From Escherichia phage vB_EcoM_DalCa, in the sequence record NC_054908.1: a stretch of 64,000 nucleotides of DNA; one strand, written 5' to 3'. Shown here one piece after another: positions 43,780-55,444 of this stretch. A program made the translations under genes and the position numbers. Every line of letters begins with the position of its first letter. The stretch's first letter is position 1. Under the pieces are notes generated by a model that was given only the letters and a program-made list of their open reading frames with translations, was not told the DNA's origin and ran no database searches.

Positions 43780-44697
43780 TCAAAATTCATTAATGCTATT
43801 AGTTAATTTAGAAAGACCCGCTTTTACAAAATATGAATAAATTTTGCCACGCGGTGGTAATTTATATGAATTATAGTAATTCACAATGTTTGAAGCAATA
43901 TTATCAGGAATATAATCAAAATCAATTAGAACTAAATTTTCTTTATAACGATTATATTCAGATTCTGTGAGAAGCACCTTAGCTTGTTCACGGTCATTAG
44001 CAATAGCTTCAACGATTGAAGTTTTCATTGAAGGAGTTCGTTCACCTTCAACTTTGGTAAACCAAAAGTCAGATCGTACTTTAACTGAAGCAACGTTATC
44101 CTTTTTGTCACCTTTAAGGATTTTAGTCATACAGTCAATTTCAGCAGAACCGCTTTTAATTTTAACCCATTTCTTATGCATCGGTGACCATTGCTTAACA
44201 TTTGGGTATTTGTGAAGCTGTGTAAAGTCACCATCCGACGAAATGATTAAAATCTTATGTCCTTCTAAAGAGAACTTTTTAACAAGAACAGCAATATGGT
44301 CATCTGCTTCATACTTATCAATATCCATAACAATGTATGGCATATAAGCTTTCAATTCATCTATAACTTTATGACTGGATTCAAAATAACCTTCCCAGTC
44401 CCAAGTAGATTCTTCTCGTGCTTTTCCACGGTTTTTCTTATAATAATAAGCGAAATCACGACGCCAGTATCCAGATTTCGCGTTATCAATACACAGTACA
44501 ATTTTAGTGTATCCAAGCGTTTTTGCTTTTTTGACATTAAACTTAATTGAGTTCAATATCAAATGACGAACCATTGATAAATTAATTTTTTCTTTATCTG
44601 GGAAGTTTACCAGAGCAGTTGAAAGAGCAATTTGACTAAAGTCAATAAAGCAAATTCCTTCTTTGTAATCTTCATCCAGCATCATTTCTAAATCCAT
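43780..44697 (-). CDS. rnh: RNase H (5'-3' exonuclease / flap endonuclease)
   Basis: 305 aa from the Met at 44697; recognised as T4 RNase H. Confidence 0.92.
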   Translation of the reverse strand: MDLEMMLDEDYKEGICFIDFSQIALSTALVNFPDKEKINLSMVRHLILNSIKFNVKKAKTLGYTKIVLCIDNAKSGYWRRDFAYYYKKNRGKAREESTWDWEGYFESSHKVIDELKAYMPYIVMDIDKYEADDHIAVLVKKFSLEGHKILIISSDGDFTQLHKYPNVKQWSPMHKKWVKIKSGSAEIDCMTKILKGDKKDNVASVKVRSDFWFTKVEGERTPSMKTSIVEAIANDREQAKVLLTESEYNRYKENLVLIDFDYIPDNIASNIVNYYNSYKLPPRGKIYSYFVKAGLSKLTNSINEF

Positions 44698-44759
44698 ATG
44701 AACCTCGTTCAATTAGTGAGATTTCTATTATATACTATCTAAATCTTAAAGTAAACAGG

Positions 44760-44767
44760 TATAAATA
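44760..44767 (+). promoter_or_regulatory. T4-type late promoter TATAAATA upstream of gene 34
   Basis: exact TATAAATA about 35 nt upstream of the gene 34 ATG, followed by AGGAG Shine-Dalgarno. Confidence 0.7.
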
Positions 44768-44801
44768 CTTATTATTGAAAACACAATAGGAGCCCGGGAG
44801 A

Positions 44802-47800
44802 ATGGCCGAGATTAAAAGAAAGTTCAGAGCAGAAGATGGTCTGGACGCAGGTGGCGATAAAATAATCAACGTAGCTTTAGCTGATCGTACCGTAGGAACT
44901 GACGGTGTTAACGTTGATTACTTAATTCAAGAAAACACAGTTCAGCAATATGATCCAACTCGTGGATATTTAAAAGATTTTGTAATCATTTATAATAATC
45001 GTTTTTGGGCAGCAACGGATAATATTCCAAAACCTGCTGGAAATTTTAATAGAATTCGTTGGAAAGCATTACGTACTGATGCTGTATATACAACCGTATC
45101 ATCTGGACCGTATCAATTAAAATCCGGAGAAGCAATTTCAGTAGATACATCAGTTGGTAATGACATTGAGTTTACTTTACCACCTTCTCCGCTCGATGGA
45201 GAAACAGTAATAATTCAAGATATCGGTGGAAAACCTGGTATAAATCAGGTTAAAATAAGTTCTTCAAATCAGAGCATTGTTAATTTTAGAGGTGAACAAG
45301 TACGTTCAGTTTTAATGACTCATCCAAAGTCACAGATGGTATTCATTTTTAATAATCGTTTGTGGCAAATGTATATTGCTGATTATAGCAGAGAAGCTGC
45401 GATTGTTACTCCATCGACTGCGTATCAAGCACAATCTAATGATTTTATCGTACGTAGATTTACTTCTGCTGCACCAATTAATGTTAAACTTCCGAGATTT
45501 GCTAATCATGGCGATATTATTAATTTCGTTGATTTAGATAAACTGAATCCACTTTATCATACAATTGTTACTACATACGATGAAACGACTTCAGTACAAG
45601 AAGTTGGAACTCATTCCATTGAAGGCCGTACATCGATTGACGGTTTCTTGATGTTTGACGATAATGAGAAATTGTGGAGATTGTTTGACGGGGATAGTAA
45701 AGCACGTTTACGCATTATAACAACTAATTCAAATATTCGTCCAAATGAAGAAGTCATGGTATTTGGCGCGAATAATGGAACAACCCAAACAATTGAACTT
45801 CAGCTTCCGACTGATATTTCTGTTGGTGATACTGTTAAAATTTCCATGAATTACATGAGAAAAGGACAAACAGTTAAAATCAAAGCTGCTGGTGAAGATA
45901 AAATTGCTTCTTCAGTTCAATTGCTGCAATTCCCAAAACGTTCAGAATATCCGCCTGAAGCTGAATGGGTAACAGTTCAAGAATTAGTTTTTAACGGTGA
46001 AACTAATTATGTTCCAGTTTTACAACTTGCTTATATAGAAGATTCTGATGGAAAATACTGGGTTGTACAGCAAAACGTTCCAACAGTTGAAAGAGTCGAT
46101 TCTTTAAATAATTCTACTAGAGCAAGATTAGGCGTAATTGCTTTAGCTACACAAGCTCAAGCAAATGCTGATTTAGAAAATTCTCCGCAAAAAGAATTGG
46201 CAATTACTCCAGAAACGTTAGCTAATCGTACTGCTACTGAAACTCGCAGAGGTATTGCAAGAATAGCAACTACTGCTCAAGTGAATCAGAACACCACATT
46301 CTCTTTTGCAGATGACCTTATCATCACTCCTAAAAAGCTGAATGAAAGAACTGCTACAGAAACTCGCAGAGGTGTCGCTGAAATTGCTACGCAGCAGGAA
46401 ACTAATACAGGTACTGATGATACTACAATCATTACTCCTAAAAAGCTTCAAGCTCGCCAAGGTTCTGAATCATTATCTGGTATTGTAACTTTTGTATCTA
46501 CCGCAGGAGCTACTCCAGCTTCTAGTCGTGAATTAAATGGTACGAATGTTTATAATAAAAACACTAATAATTTAGTTGTTTCACCTAAAGCTTTGGATCA
46601 GTATAAAGCTACTCCAACGCAACAAGGCGCAGTAATTTTAGCAGTTGAAAGTGAAGTAATTGCTGGACAAAGCCAAGAAGGATGGGCAAATGCGGTTGTA
46701 ACGCCAGAAACGTTACATAAAAAGACATCAACTGACGCAAGAATTGGTTTAATTGAAATTGCTACACAAAGTGAAGTTAATACAGGAACTGATTATACTC
46801 GCGCAGTCACTCCTAAAACTTTAAATGACCGTAGAGCAACTGAAAGTTTAAGTGGTATAGCTGAAATTGCTACGCAAGTTGAATTCGACGCAGGCGTCGA
46901 CGATACTCGTATCTCTACACCATTAAAAATTAAAACCAGATTTAATAGTACTGATCGTACTTCTGTTGTTGCTCTATCTGGATTAGTTGAATCAGGAACT
47001 CTCTGGGACCATTATACCCTTAATATTCTTGAAGCAAATGAGACACAGCGTGGTACACTTCGTGTAGCTACACAAGTTGAAGCTGCTGCAGGAACATTAG
47101 ATAATGTTTTAATAACTCCTAAAAAGCTTTTAGGTACTAAATCTACTGAAGCACAGGAAGGTGTCATTAAAGTTGCAACTCAGTCTGAAACTGTGGCTGG
47201 AACGTCAGCAAATACTGCTGTATCTCCAAAAAATTTAAAATGGATTGTGCAGAGTGAACCTACTTGGGCAGCGACTACTGCGATAAGAGGTTTTGTTAAA
47301 ACTTCGTCTGGTTCAATTACATTCGTTGGTAATGATACAGCTGGTTCAACACAGCCATTAGAATCATATGAGAAAAATGGTTATGCAGTATCACCATATG
47401 AATTAAATCGCGTATTAGCAAATTATTTGCCATTAAAAGCAAAAGCCGTAGATAGTAATTTATTAGATGGTCTAGATTCGCTCCAGTTCATTCGTAGGGA
47501 CATTGCACAAACAGTTAATGGTTCACTAACCTTAACCCAACAAACGAATCTGGGTGCCCCTCTTGTATCATCTAGTACTGCTACATTCGGTGGATCAGTT
47601 TCAGCAAATAGTACATTAACTATTTCTAATACTGGAACGGCAACTCGTCTGATTTTTGAGAAAGGACCTCAAACTGGAACAAACCCGGCTCAAACGATGA
47701 CAGTCAGAGTGTGGGGAAATCAATTTAGTGGGGAATCAGACACAACACGTTCTACCGTATTTGAAGTTAGTGATGAAACGTCTAGTCATTTTTATTCTCA

Positions 47801-48671
47801 GCGTAATAAAGCTGGAAATATAACATTTAATATCAACGGTACAGTAACACCGATAAATGTTAATGCTTCAGGAACATTGAATGCAAATGGTGTAGCAACA
47901 TTTGGTAATTCAGTCACTGCAACTGGTGAAATTATTTCTCGAAGCGCAAATGCTTTCCGTGCTATTAACGGAAATTATGGTTTCATTGTTCGCAATGATG
48001 GATCAGTAACGAATTTTATGCTTACTGCATCGGGTGATCAGACTGGTGGATTTAATGGATTACGTCCTTTAGCTATTAATAATGCATCTGGCCAAGTAAC
48101 GATTGGTGAAAGCTTAATCATTGCCAAAGGTGCTACTATAAATTCAGGCGGTTTGACTGTTAACTCGAGAATTCGTTCTCAGGGCACTAAAACATCTGAT
48201 TTATACACCCGCGCTCCAACATCTGATACTGTAGGATTCTGGTCAATTGATATTAACGATTCAGCCACTTATAACCAGTTCCCGGGTTATTTTAAAATGG
48301 TTGAAAAAACTAATGAAGTGACTGGACTTCCATACTTAGAACGTGGTGAAGAAGTTAAATCTCCTGGTACATTGACTCAGTTTGGTAACACACTTGATTC
48401 ACTTTACCAAGATTGGATTACTTATCCAACGACCCCAGAAGCACGTACCACTCGCTGGACACGTACATGGCAGAAAACCAAAAACTCTTGGTCAAGTTTT
48501 GTTCAGGTATTTGACGGAGGTAACCCTCCTCAACCTTCAGATATAGGAGCGATCCCATCTGATAATGGAATAATAGGTAATCTTACTATTCGCGATTTCT
48601 TGCGAATTGGTAATGTTCGCATTATTCCTGACCCAGTGAATAAAACTGTTAAATTTGAGTGGATTGAATAA
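44802..48671 (+). CDS. 34: long tail fibre proximal subunit gp34
   Basis: 1289-aa ORF, T4 gp34 length and position. Confidence 0.95.
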   Translation: MAEIKRKFRAEDGLDAGGDKIINVALADRTVGTDGVNVDYLIQENTVQQYDPTRGYLKDFVIIYNNRFWAATDNIPKPAGNFNRIRWKALRTDAVYTTVSSGPYQLKSGEAISVDTSVGNDIEFTLPPSPLDGETVIIQDIGGKPGINQVKISSSNQSIVNFRGEQVRSVLMTHPKSQMVFIFNNRLWQMYIADYSREAAIVTPSTAYQAQSNDFIVRRFTSAAPINVKLPRFANHGDIINFVDLDKLNPLYHTIVTTYDETTSVQEVGTHSIEGRTSIDGFLMFDDNEKLWRLFDGDSKARLRIITTNSNIRPNEEVMVFGANNGTTQTIELQLPTDISVGDTVKISMNYMRKGQTVKIKAAGEDKIASSVQLLQFPKRSEYPPEAEWVTVQELVFNGETNYVPVLQLAYIEDSDGKYWVVQQNVPTVERVDSLNNSTRARLGVIALATQAQANADLENSPQKELAITPETLANRTATETRRGIARIATTAQVNQNTTFSFADDLIITPKKLNERTATETRRGVAEIATQQETNTGTDDTTIITPKKLQARQGSESLSGIVTFVSTAGATPASSRELNGTNVYNKNTNNLVVSPKALDQYKATPTQQGAVILAVESEVIAGQSQEGWANAVVTPETLHKKTSTDARIGLIEIATQSEVNTGTDYTRAVTPKTLNDRRATESLSGIAEIATQVEFDAGVDDTRISTPLKIKTRFNSTDRTSVVALSGLVESGTLWDHYTLNILEANETQRGTLRVATQVEAAAGTLDNVLITPKKLLGTKSTEAQEGVIKVATQSETVAGTSANTAVSPKNLKWIVQSEPTWAATTAIRGFVKTSSGSITFVGNDTAGSTQPLESYEKNGYAVSPYELNRVLANYLPLKAKAVDSNLLDGLDSLQFIRRDIAQTVNGSLTLTQQTNLGAPLVSSSTATFGGSVSANSTLTISNTGTATRLIFEKGPQTGTNPAQTMTVRVWGNQFSGESDTTRSTVFEVSDETSSHFYSQRNKAGNITFNINGTVTPINVNASGTLNANGVATFGNSVTATGEIISRSANAFRAINGNYGFIVRNDGSVTNFMLTASGDQTGGFNGLRPLAINNASGQVTIGESLIIAKGATINSGGLTVNSRIRSQGTKTSDLYTRAPTSDTVGFWSIDINDSATYNQFPGYFKMVEKTNEVTGLPYLERGEEVKSPGTLTQFGNTLDSLYQDWITYPTTPEARTTRWTRTWQKTKNSWSSFVQVFDGGNPPQPSDIGAIPSDNGIIGNLTIRDFLRIGNVRIIPDPVNKTVKFEWIE

Positions 48672-48679
48672 GAGGTATT

Positions 48680-49795
48680 ATGGAAAAATTTATGGCAGAG
48701 TTTGGACAAGGATATGTCCAAACACCATTTTTATCGGAAAGCAATTCAGTAAGATATAAAATAAGCATAGCGGGTTCTTGCCCGCTTTCTACTGCGGGGC
48801 CATATGTTAAATTTCAGGATAATCCCGTTGGAAATCAAACATTTAGTGCAGGTCTTCATTTAAGAGTTTTTGACCCTTCTACGGGAGCATTAGTTGATAG
48901 CAAGTCATATGCTTTTTCTGCTTCAAACAATACAACATCTGCCGCTTTTGTCAGTTTCATGAATTCTTTGTCAAACAATAGACTTGTTGCTATATTAACT
49001 AGCGGAAAGGTTAATTTTCCTCCTGAAGTGGTATCTTGGTTAAGGGGAGCAGGAACTTCAGTTTTTCCATCAGATTCAGTATTGTCAAGATTTGACGTAT
49101 CATATGCTGCTTTTTATACTTCTTCTAAAAGAGCTATTGCATTAGAGCATGTTAAACTAAGTAATAGAAAAAGCACAGATGATTATCAAACTATTTTAGA
49201 TGTTGTATTTGATAGTTTAGAAGACGTCGGAGCGACAGGATTTCCAAAAAGAACTTATGAAAGTGTAGAGCAATTCATGTCAGCAGTTGGTGGAACTAAT
49301 AACGAAATTGCGCGATTGCCAACTTCAGCTGCTATAAGTAAACTTTCTGACTATAATTTAATTCCTGGTGATGTTCTTTATCTTAAAGCACAGTTATATG
49401 CTGATGCTGATTTACTTGATCTTGGAACTACAAACATATCCATTCGTTTTTATGATGCATCAAATGGATATATTTCCTCGACCCAAGCTGAGTTTACTGG
49501 GCAAGCTGGGTCTTGGGAATTAAAAGAAGACTATGTAGTTGTTCCAGAAAACGCCGTAGGATTTACGATATATGCACAAAGAACTGCTCAAGCAGGTCAA
49601 GGCGGCATGAGAAATTTAAGTTTTTCTGAAGTATCAAGAAATGGCGGCATTTCAAAACCTGCCGAATTTGGCGTCAACGGTATTCGCGTTAATTATGTCT
49701 GTGAATCGGCTTCACCTCCAGATATAATGGTACTTCCTACACAAGCCTCTTCTAAAACTGGCAAAGTGTTTGGACAGGAATTTAGAGAAGTTTAA
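48680..49795 (+). CDS. 35: long tail fibre hinge protein gp35
   Basis: 371-aa ORF, T4 gp35 length and position. Confidence 0.9.
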   Translation: MEKFMAEFGQGYVQTPFLSESNSVRYKISIAGSCPLSTAGPYVKFQDNPVGNQTFSAGLHLRVFDPSTGALVDSKSYAFSASNNTTSAAFVSFMNSLSNNRLVAILTSGKVNFPPEVVSWLRGAGTSVFPSDSVLSRFDVSYAAFYTSSKRAIALEHVKLSNRKSTDDYQTILDVVFDSLEDVGATGFPKRTYESVEQFMSAVGGTNNEIARLPTSAAISKLSDYNLIPGDVLYLKAQLYADADLLDLGTTNISIRFYDASNGYISSTQAEFTGQAGSWELKEDYVVVPENAVGFTIYAQRTAQAGQGGMRNLSFSEVSRNGGISKPAEFGVNGIRVNYVCESASPPDIMVLPTQASSKTGKVFGQEFREV

Positions 49796-49797
49796 AC

Positions 49798-49826
49798 TGA
49801 GGGAGCCTTCGGGTTCCCTTTTTCTT
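49798..49826 (+). terminator. hairpin (GGGAGCC-TTCG-GGTTCCC) plus T-run after gene 35
   Basis: GC stem with UUCG loop followed by TTTTTC. Confidence 0.6.
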
Positions 49827-49834
49827 TATAAATA
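49827..49834 (+). promoter_or_regulatory. T4-type late promoter TATAAATA upstream of gene 36
   Basis: exact TATAAATA about 24 nt upstream of the gene 36 ATG. Confidence 0.7.
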
Positions 49835-49857
49835 ATATTAAAATAAAGGGGCATATA

Positions 49858-50508
49858 ATGGCTGATTTAAAAGTAGGTTCAACTGTGGGTGGATCTGTCA
49901 TTTGGCATCAAGGAAATTTTCCATTGAATTCAGCCGGTGACGATGTACTCTACAAATCATTTAAAATATATTCAGAATATAATAAACCGCAGGCAGCTGA
50001 TAACGATTTCGTTTCTAAAGCTAATGGTGGTACTTACGCCGGTCCAATTACTATTAATTACGGGGTAAATAGTTATCTTCAATTAAGTAATAATGAAACC
50101 CCTATCCGAATTCGTTCTGGTGGCGGCACTGGTAATACTCTTGTAGTTGGCGGCTCTTCCGGTGGTATTAGTTTTAGACCTGCAGGTAGTGAAATCACTA
50201 CTGGACAAATTACTATTACGCCAGAAGGTTTGACAACATTTACCAGGGCTGTAACGGCTCCATCGGTAACTGTTACATCTACTCCTTCCGCAGCATCTGA
50301 TGTTACTCGCAAAGATTATGTTGATGGAGCAATAAATACTGTTACAGCAAATGCAAACTCTAGGGTATTACGCTCTGGAGACACTATGACAGGAAATTTA
50401 ACTGCGCCAAACCTTTTTTCACAGAATCCTGCATCTCAACCTTCACACGTTCCACGATTTGACCAAATCGTAATTAAGGATTCTGTTCAAGATTTCGGCT
50501 ATTATTAA
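49858..50508 (+). CDS. 36: long tail fibre distal connector gp36
   Basis: 216-aa ORF, position between 35 and 37. Confidence 0.9.
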   Translation: MADLKVGSTVGGSVIWHQGNFPLNSAGDDVLYKSFKIYSEYNKPQAADNDFVSKANGGTYAGPITINYGVNSYLQLSNNETPIRIRSGGGTGNTLVVGGSSGGISFRPAGSEITTGQITITPEGLTTFTRAVTAPSVTVTSTPSAASDVTRKDYVDGAINTVTANANSRVLRSGDTMTGNLTAPNLFSQNPASQPSHVPRFDQIVIKDSVQDFGYY

Positions 50509-50516
50509 GAGGACTT

Positions 50517-53483
50517 ATGGCTACTTTAAAACAAATACAATTTAAAAGAAGTAAAACTGCAGGTCAACGTCCTGCTGCTTCAGTATTAGCCGAAGGTGAA
50601 TTGGCTATAAACTTAAAAGATAAAACAATTTTCACAAAAGATGACTCAGGTAGTGTTATAGAATTAGGTTTAAAATATGGAGGAACAATTGATGGTTCTT
50701 TAACTGTTAATGGAAACATAATTGGAAATTTAACAGGTAACGCTGCAACTGCAACGAAATTAAAAACAGCACGAAAAATTAATGGTATATCCTTTGATGG
50801 GTCAAAAGATATCACGCTAACTCCATCTGACATAAATGTCAATAGCACAACGTTTATAAAAAATAACGGCGAATTACCTGTTGATGCTAATTTAGATGAG
50901 TATGGGCCTGTTGAAGAATATCTTGGAGTTTGGTCGAAAGCAACTTCAACCAACGCTCAACCAGCAAATAAATTTCCAGAAGAAAATGCTGTAGGTGTTC
51001 TAGAAGTATTTGTGGCCGGTCAATTTGCTGGTACTCAGAGATATACAACTAGATACGGAAATGTTTATATTCGTTCCTTGACTGCTACATGGAACGGAGT
51101 AAACGGTCCGTGGAGTGCGTGGCGAAATATTCAATCTGGTACTCGTCCACTGTCAACAACGATTGATCTTAATGATCTAGGAGGCGCTGAACACCTTGGT
51201 TTGTGGCGAAATAGTTCAAATTCCATTGCTACCTTTGACAGAAATTTCCCAGAAGAAGGATCGTCCGCTCAAGGACTTTTAGAAGTATATGAAGGTGGAA
51301 ACTATTCTCGCACACAGAGATATACGACCAGATTTGGTGTTGTTTATACTCGTTGTCTTGCTGCTGCGTGGGATGCTTCTGCGCCTAAATGGGGACCTTG
51401 GCAACAAGTCGGTAATGTCACACCGGCGACTTTCTATGACGGAGATCTGAATGATTTTAAAACTCCTGGGTTATATAATATTTTAGGCACTGATGCCGTT
51501 ATTAACTGTCCTACCGGTGAAGGTTTACCAGCCGTTATTGTTGGTTTGCTGGAAGTTAAACAGCGTGCTTCTGGTGGTGCTATTTTCCAAAAATTTACTA
51601 CTGCCGGAACGGGTGCAACTACTCGCGATCGTATTTTTGAGCGTGCATATACTGGTGGTGTGTGGGGTGCATGGAACGAAGTATATACATCTTATTCCCT
51701 GCCAATTACTTTGGGTATGGGTGGTATTAAAACTCAATTAGCGGAGTTAGATTGGCAAACCTTTGATTTTGTCCCTGGTAGTATGTTTAGTGTTCCTTTG
51801 AACAAAATAAAGAATATGCCAGCAAATATGGATTGGGGCACGATTGATGGAAACCTGGTTATGTTTTCCGTTGGTCCTAGCGAACACACTAGCACAGGAC
51901 GTACTGTTCAGATTTGGCGCGGCACCGTATCCCAGACAAACTACCGTTATTTTGTCGTTCGTGTGTTCGGTAATTCTGGAAATAGAACTTGCACAGTTCG
52001 TCGTGTTGTTCTTGAAGACGGATCACATACTTGGACTGCTAAACAAGATTTTAATGGCGCAGTTAACTTTAACTCTACTGTTAACCTTAATAACACTACC
52101 ACATTTAAAACAGAAGTTAAATTTCGCTCATTGAATGCATTCCGTATGTATGGCGGAAAATTTGGTACATTTTTACGTAATGATGGAGAGAGTCTTTATA
52201 TTCTTTCCACCGACGAAGATGATCAAGATGGAAACTTTAATACAAATAGACCTTTCCGTTATGAATTAAGAACTGGTGATGTTACTTTGGGTGGTGCTAG
52301 TGGTGCTAACGTTTTAAAATTAAAACGTGATTCTCTCACCGCATTTTTTGGCGGTGATATTAACATTAAAGGCATGATGACTTTTGACGCCGGACGTTTA
52401 GGATCACGAGATTATTTTAAATTTAACCATTGGGGTGATAGTAATAATGCGCGTGATAACATTATTCAGTTAGAAGACAGCAAAGGCGCTCATTTTTCCA
52501 CTGAACGTACTTTAGCGACTGGTGCAATTAAGACTAAATTTTTTGGTGAAATTGAATCCGATGGTAAATTGGTTATTAAACGTCCGGGTGATTCTATTGT
52601 ATTATCAACAACTGCTAGTAATTCTTTGCATATTCGCGGTGATATAGACGGGACTGGTAACTGGTATATTGGTAAAGGTGGTGCTGATAATGGATTAGCG
52701 TTCTATAGTTATGCTACTAATGCTGGTGTATACATTACAAACGCAGGAGATATCTCGCTAAGTCCAAAGGGTGCCGAAATGGCTCAGGTCAATAACGTTC
52801 GATTATATGTTCATGGTGAACGTTGGACCGCTAGTCAACCAGGTGATTGGGGCAGTCAGTGGCAAGTGGAAGCGCCAATATTCGTCGATCATGGTTATGT
52901 TGGACCAGATAGCTATTATCCAATTATTAAAGGAAGAAGTGTAATCACCAATCAAGGGTTTGTAACTGCCGTCGATCTTGGTATTCGTCGTGTCCCTAAC
53001 AATTGGGGGCAAGCAATTATTCGTGTTGGATCTGCAGAGGCATCGCCAGCGGCTGGACACCCTAACGCGGTATTTGAATTTCATTACGACGGTACTTTCT
53101 ATTCTCCTGGTAATGGTAACTTTAACGATGTGTATATTCGTTCCGATGGTCGTCTTAAGATTAATAAAAAAGAGCTAGAAAACGGAGCACTTGAAAAAGT
53201 ATGCCGACTGAAAGTTTATACATACGATAAGGTTAAGTCTATTAAAGATCGTAGTGTTATTAAACGTGAAGTTGGTATTATTGCTCAGGATCTTGAAAAA
53301 GAATTACCGGAAGCTGTGTCTAAAGTTGAAGTTGATGGATCTGATGTTCTGACAATTTCTAACTCCGCTGTGAATGCTCTTTTAATTAAGGCTATCCAAG
53401 AAATGAGCGAAGAAATTAAAGAATTAAAAACGCCTTTCTTCACTAAAATTGCTCGCAAAATTAGTAAATATTTTAAATTCTAA
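50517..53483 (+). CDS. 37: long tail fibre distal subunit gp37 with C-terminal intramolecular-chaperone-like domain
   Basis: 988-aa ORF; C-terminal ~115 aa contains IRSDGRLK (SDxRxK-like) and amphipathic [17 protein letters not shown] segment. Confidence 0.9.
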   Translation: MATLKQIQFKRSKTAGQRPAASVLAEGELAINLKDKTIFTKDDSGSVIELGLKYGGTIDGSLTVNGNIIGNLTGNAATATKLKTARKINGISFDGSKDITLTPSDINVNSTTFIKNNGELPVDANLDEYGPVEEYLGVWSKATSTNAQPANKFPEENAVGVLEVFVAGQFAGTQRYTTRYGNVYIRSLTATWNGVNGPWSAWRNIQSGTRPLSTTIDLNDLGGAEHLGLWRNSSNSIATFDRNFPEEGSSAQGLLEVYEGGNYSRTQRYTTRFGVVYTRCLAAAWDASAPKWGPWQQVGNVTPATFYDGDLNDFKTPGLYNILGTDAVINCPTGEGLPAVIVGLLEVKQRASGGAIFQKFTTAGTGATTRDRIFERAYTGGVWGAWNEVYTSYSLPITLGMGGIKTQLAELDWQTFDFVPGSMFSVPLNKIKNMPANMDWGTIDGNLVMFSVGPSEHTSTGRTVQIWRGTVSQTNYRYFVVRVFGNSGNRTCTVRRVVLEDGSHTWTAKQDFNGAVNFNSTVNLNNTTTFKTEVKFRSLNAFRMYGGKFGTFLRNDGESLYILSTDEDDQDGNFNTNRPFRYELRTGDVTLGGASGANVLKLKRDSLTAFFGGDINIKGMMTFDAGRLGSRDYFKFNHWGDSNNARDNIIQLEDSKGAHFSTERTLATGAIKTKFFGEIESDGKLVIKRPGDSIVLSTTASNSLHIRGDIDGTGNWYIGKGGADNGLAFYSYATNAGVYITNAGDISLSPKGAEMAQVNNVRLYVHGERWTASQPGDWGSQWQVEAPIFVDHGYVGPDSYYPIIKGRSVITNQGFVTAVDLGIRRVPNNWGQAIIRVGSAEASPAAGHPNAVFEFHYDGTFYSPGNGNFNDVYIRSDGRLKINKKELENGALEKVCRLKVYTYDKVKSIKDRSVIKREVGIIAQDLEKELPEAVSKVEVDGSDVLTISNSAVNALLIKAIQEMSEEIKELKTPFFTKIARKISKYFKF

Positions 53484-53518
53484 CAACAAGGGGGCAACGC
53501 CCCCTTTGGAGATAAATT

Positions 53519-54319
53519 ATGGCAGTAGTTGGTGTTCCTGGTTGGATTGGTAGTTCATCCGTAAATGAAACAGGACAACGATGGATGAGTCAAGCGGCTG
53601 GTCAATTAAGATTGGGTGTTCCTTGCTGGATGAGTCAATTTGCAGGTCGCTCACGAGAAATTATTCATACACTTGGAGCAGACCATAACTTCAATGGTCA
53701 ATGGTTCCGAGATAGATGTTTTGAGGCCGGTAGTGCACCTATAGTGTTTAATATTACAGGTGATTTAGTATCATATTCTAAAGATGTTCCTTTATTCTTC
53801 ATGTACGGGGATACGCCTAATGAATATGTTGTTCTTAATATTCATGGTGGTGTTCATATGTGGGGTCGTGGTGGTAATGGTGGATACACTCACTCGGGAG
53901 GCGACGGTAACGGTACACAAGGCGGTCATGTTATTCAAAATGATATCGGTGGACGGCTTCGTATTTGGAACTACGGTGTTATAGCTGCTGGCGGTGGCGG
54001 CGGTGGTGGTATTGCATATCGTCCACACTCAGGGGCAAACTGGCAAGATATCGGTGGCGGTGGTGGTCGACCTTTCGGTGGCGCTGGCGGTGGCGGTTAT
54101 TCCGGTGGTGCTGCTTCGTATGAAGGTCCGGGTGGTGGTTATGACTATGGTAACGCACACTCCGGCGCAGGTGGTAATGCTGGTGCTGCTGGTCAGAATG
54201 CATGGTCTGACGGCGGTAAAGTTCTTAAAGTTGGTGTTGGTGGTGCGTCTGGTCATGCAGTGTTTGGGTCTTCTCCAACTTGGGGTGCTGTTGGAACAAT
54301 TTACGGACCAAGAGTATAA
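53519..54319 (+). CDS. 38: gp38 tail-fibre tip adhesin, T2 type (glycine-rich motifs interleaved with variable segments)
   Basis: 266-aa ORF; N-terminal gp37-attachment-like region, then repeated poly-Gly blocks separated by short variable stretches. Confidence 0.88.
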   Translation: MAVVGVPGWIGSSSVNETGQRWMSQAAGQLRLGVPCWMSQFAGRSREIIHTLGADHNFNGQWFRDRCFEAGSAPIVFNITGDLVSYSKDVPLFFMYGDTPNEYVVLNIHGGVHMWGRGGNGGYTHSGGDGNGTQGGHVIQNDIGGRLRIWNYGVIAAGGGGGGGIAYRPHSGANWQDIGGGGGRPFGGAGGGGYSGGAASYEGPGGGYDYGNAHSGAGGNAGAAGQNAWSDGGKVLKVGVGGASGHAVFGSSPTWGAVGTIYGPRV

Positions 54320-54349
54320 TTTGAATAAATATCCTTAAAAGGAGGGTCT

Positions 54350-55006
54350 ATGGCAGCACCTAGAATATCATTTTCGCCCTCTGATATTCTGTTTGGTGTT
54401 CTAGATCGCTTGTTCAAAGATAACGCTACCGGGAAGGTTCTTGCTTCCCGAGTAGCTGTCGTAATTCTTTTATTTATGATGGCGATTGTTTGGTATAGGG
54501 GAGATAGTTTCTTTGAGTACTATAAGCAATCAAAGTATGAAACATACAGTGAAATTATTGAAAAGGAAAGAAATGCACGCTTTGAATCTGTCGCCCTGGA
54601 ACAACTCCAGATAGTTCATATATCATCTGAGGCAGACTTTAGTGCGGTGTATTCTTTCCGCCCTAAAAACTTAAACTATTTTGTTGATATTATAGCATAT
54701 GAAGGAAAATTACCTTCAACAATAAGTGAAAAATCACTTGGAGGATATCCTGTTGATAAAACTATGGATGAATATACAGTTCATTTAAATGGACGTCATT
54801 ATTATTCCGACTCAAAATTTGCTTTTTTACCAACTAAAAAGCCTACTCCCGAAATAAACTACATGTACAGTTGTCCATATTTTAATTTGGATAATATCTA
54901 TGCTGGAACAATAACCATGTACTGGTATAGAAATGATCATATAAGTAATGACCGCCTTGAATCAATATGTGCTCAGGCGGCCAGAATATTAGGAAGGGCT
55001 AAATAA
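54350..55006 (+). CDS. t: holin T
   Basis: 218-aa ORF recognised as T4 holin; single TMD near N-terminus. Confidence 0.93.
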   Translation: MAAPRISFSPSDILFGVLDRLFKDNATGKVLASRVAVVILLFMMAIVWYRGDSFFEYYKQSKYETYSEIIEKERNARFESVALEQLQIVHISSEADFSAVYSFRPKNLNYFVDIIAYEGKLPSTISEKSLGGYPVDKTMDEYTVHLNGRHYYSDSKFAFLPTKKPTPEINYMYSCPYFNLDNIYAGTITMYWYRNDHISNDRLESICAQAARILGRAK

Positions 55007-55279
55007 TTATTTGTTCGTATACATCTCTAGATATCGATATACACCCTCAAAACCCTCGTTGAATTCGTCGATGAGGGTTTTCTTATCTTCTTGAGTTAAT
55101 TCAGAAACAATTTTACGGAATGAATTCTGATTTAACTTTCTACCTTCATGCGTTACTCCAATCTCATTCAGAAATGCAATAAAATTAGCACGATTCTCAA
55201 CAATATCTTCTCTGGAAAATTTAATCAAAATAGACGCAACAGTAATAATTTCACGAACTGTATCAATGTTTTTATTCAT
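55007..55279 (-). CDS. asiA: AsiA anti-sigma-70 factor
   Basis: 90-aa ORF recognised as T4 AsiA. Confidence 0.92.
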   Translation of the reverse strand: MNKNIDTVREIITVASILIKFSREDIVENRANFIAFLNEIGVTHEGRKLNQNSFRKIVSELTQEDKKTLIDEFNEGFEGVYRYLEMYTNK

Positions 55280-55285
55280 TAACTA

Positions 55286-55444
55286 TACCACTCAATTAGT
55301 TGACTTTGTTATAATATCATCAGACACTTGATTTGTAAACTGGTCTGTGTTATTTTCTTCAAAAATTTTTTCTACGAATTCCTTGAACGACTCGCGTTCC
55401 TGAGCTACATTATGCTCGATTACCATTTCAAGATTATGACTCAT
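55286..55444 (-). CDS. small hypothetical protein (52 aa) between arn and asiA
   Basis: manual translation MSHNLEMVIEHNVAQERESFKEF...; ATG overlaps the arn stop (ATGA); below track length cutoff. Confidence 0.4.

Noticed and set aside
53979-54203. Possible tandem-repeat or CRISPR-like array in the Gly-codon-rich stretch
   Set aside because: The repeats are short, imperfect codon-level repeats inside a protein-coding gene, with no direct-repeat/spacer periodicity.
53784-54338. Several track ORFs in alternative frames and on the opposite strand across gene 38 (His-rich, Thr-rich or Val-rich translations)
   Set aside because: Frame artefacts of the GGT/GGC-rich glycine-repeat coding sequence of gp38; low-complexity translations, no start context, fully nested in a confident gene.
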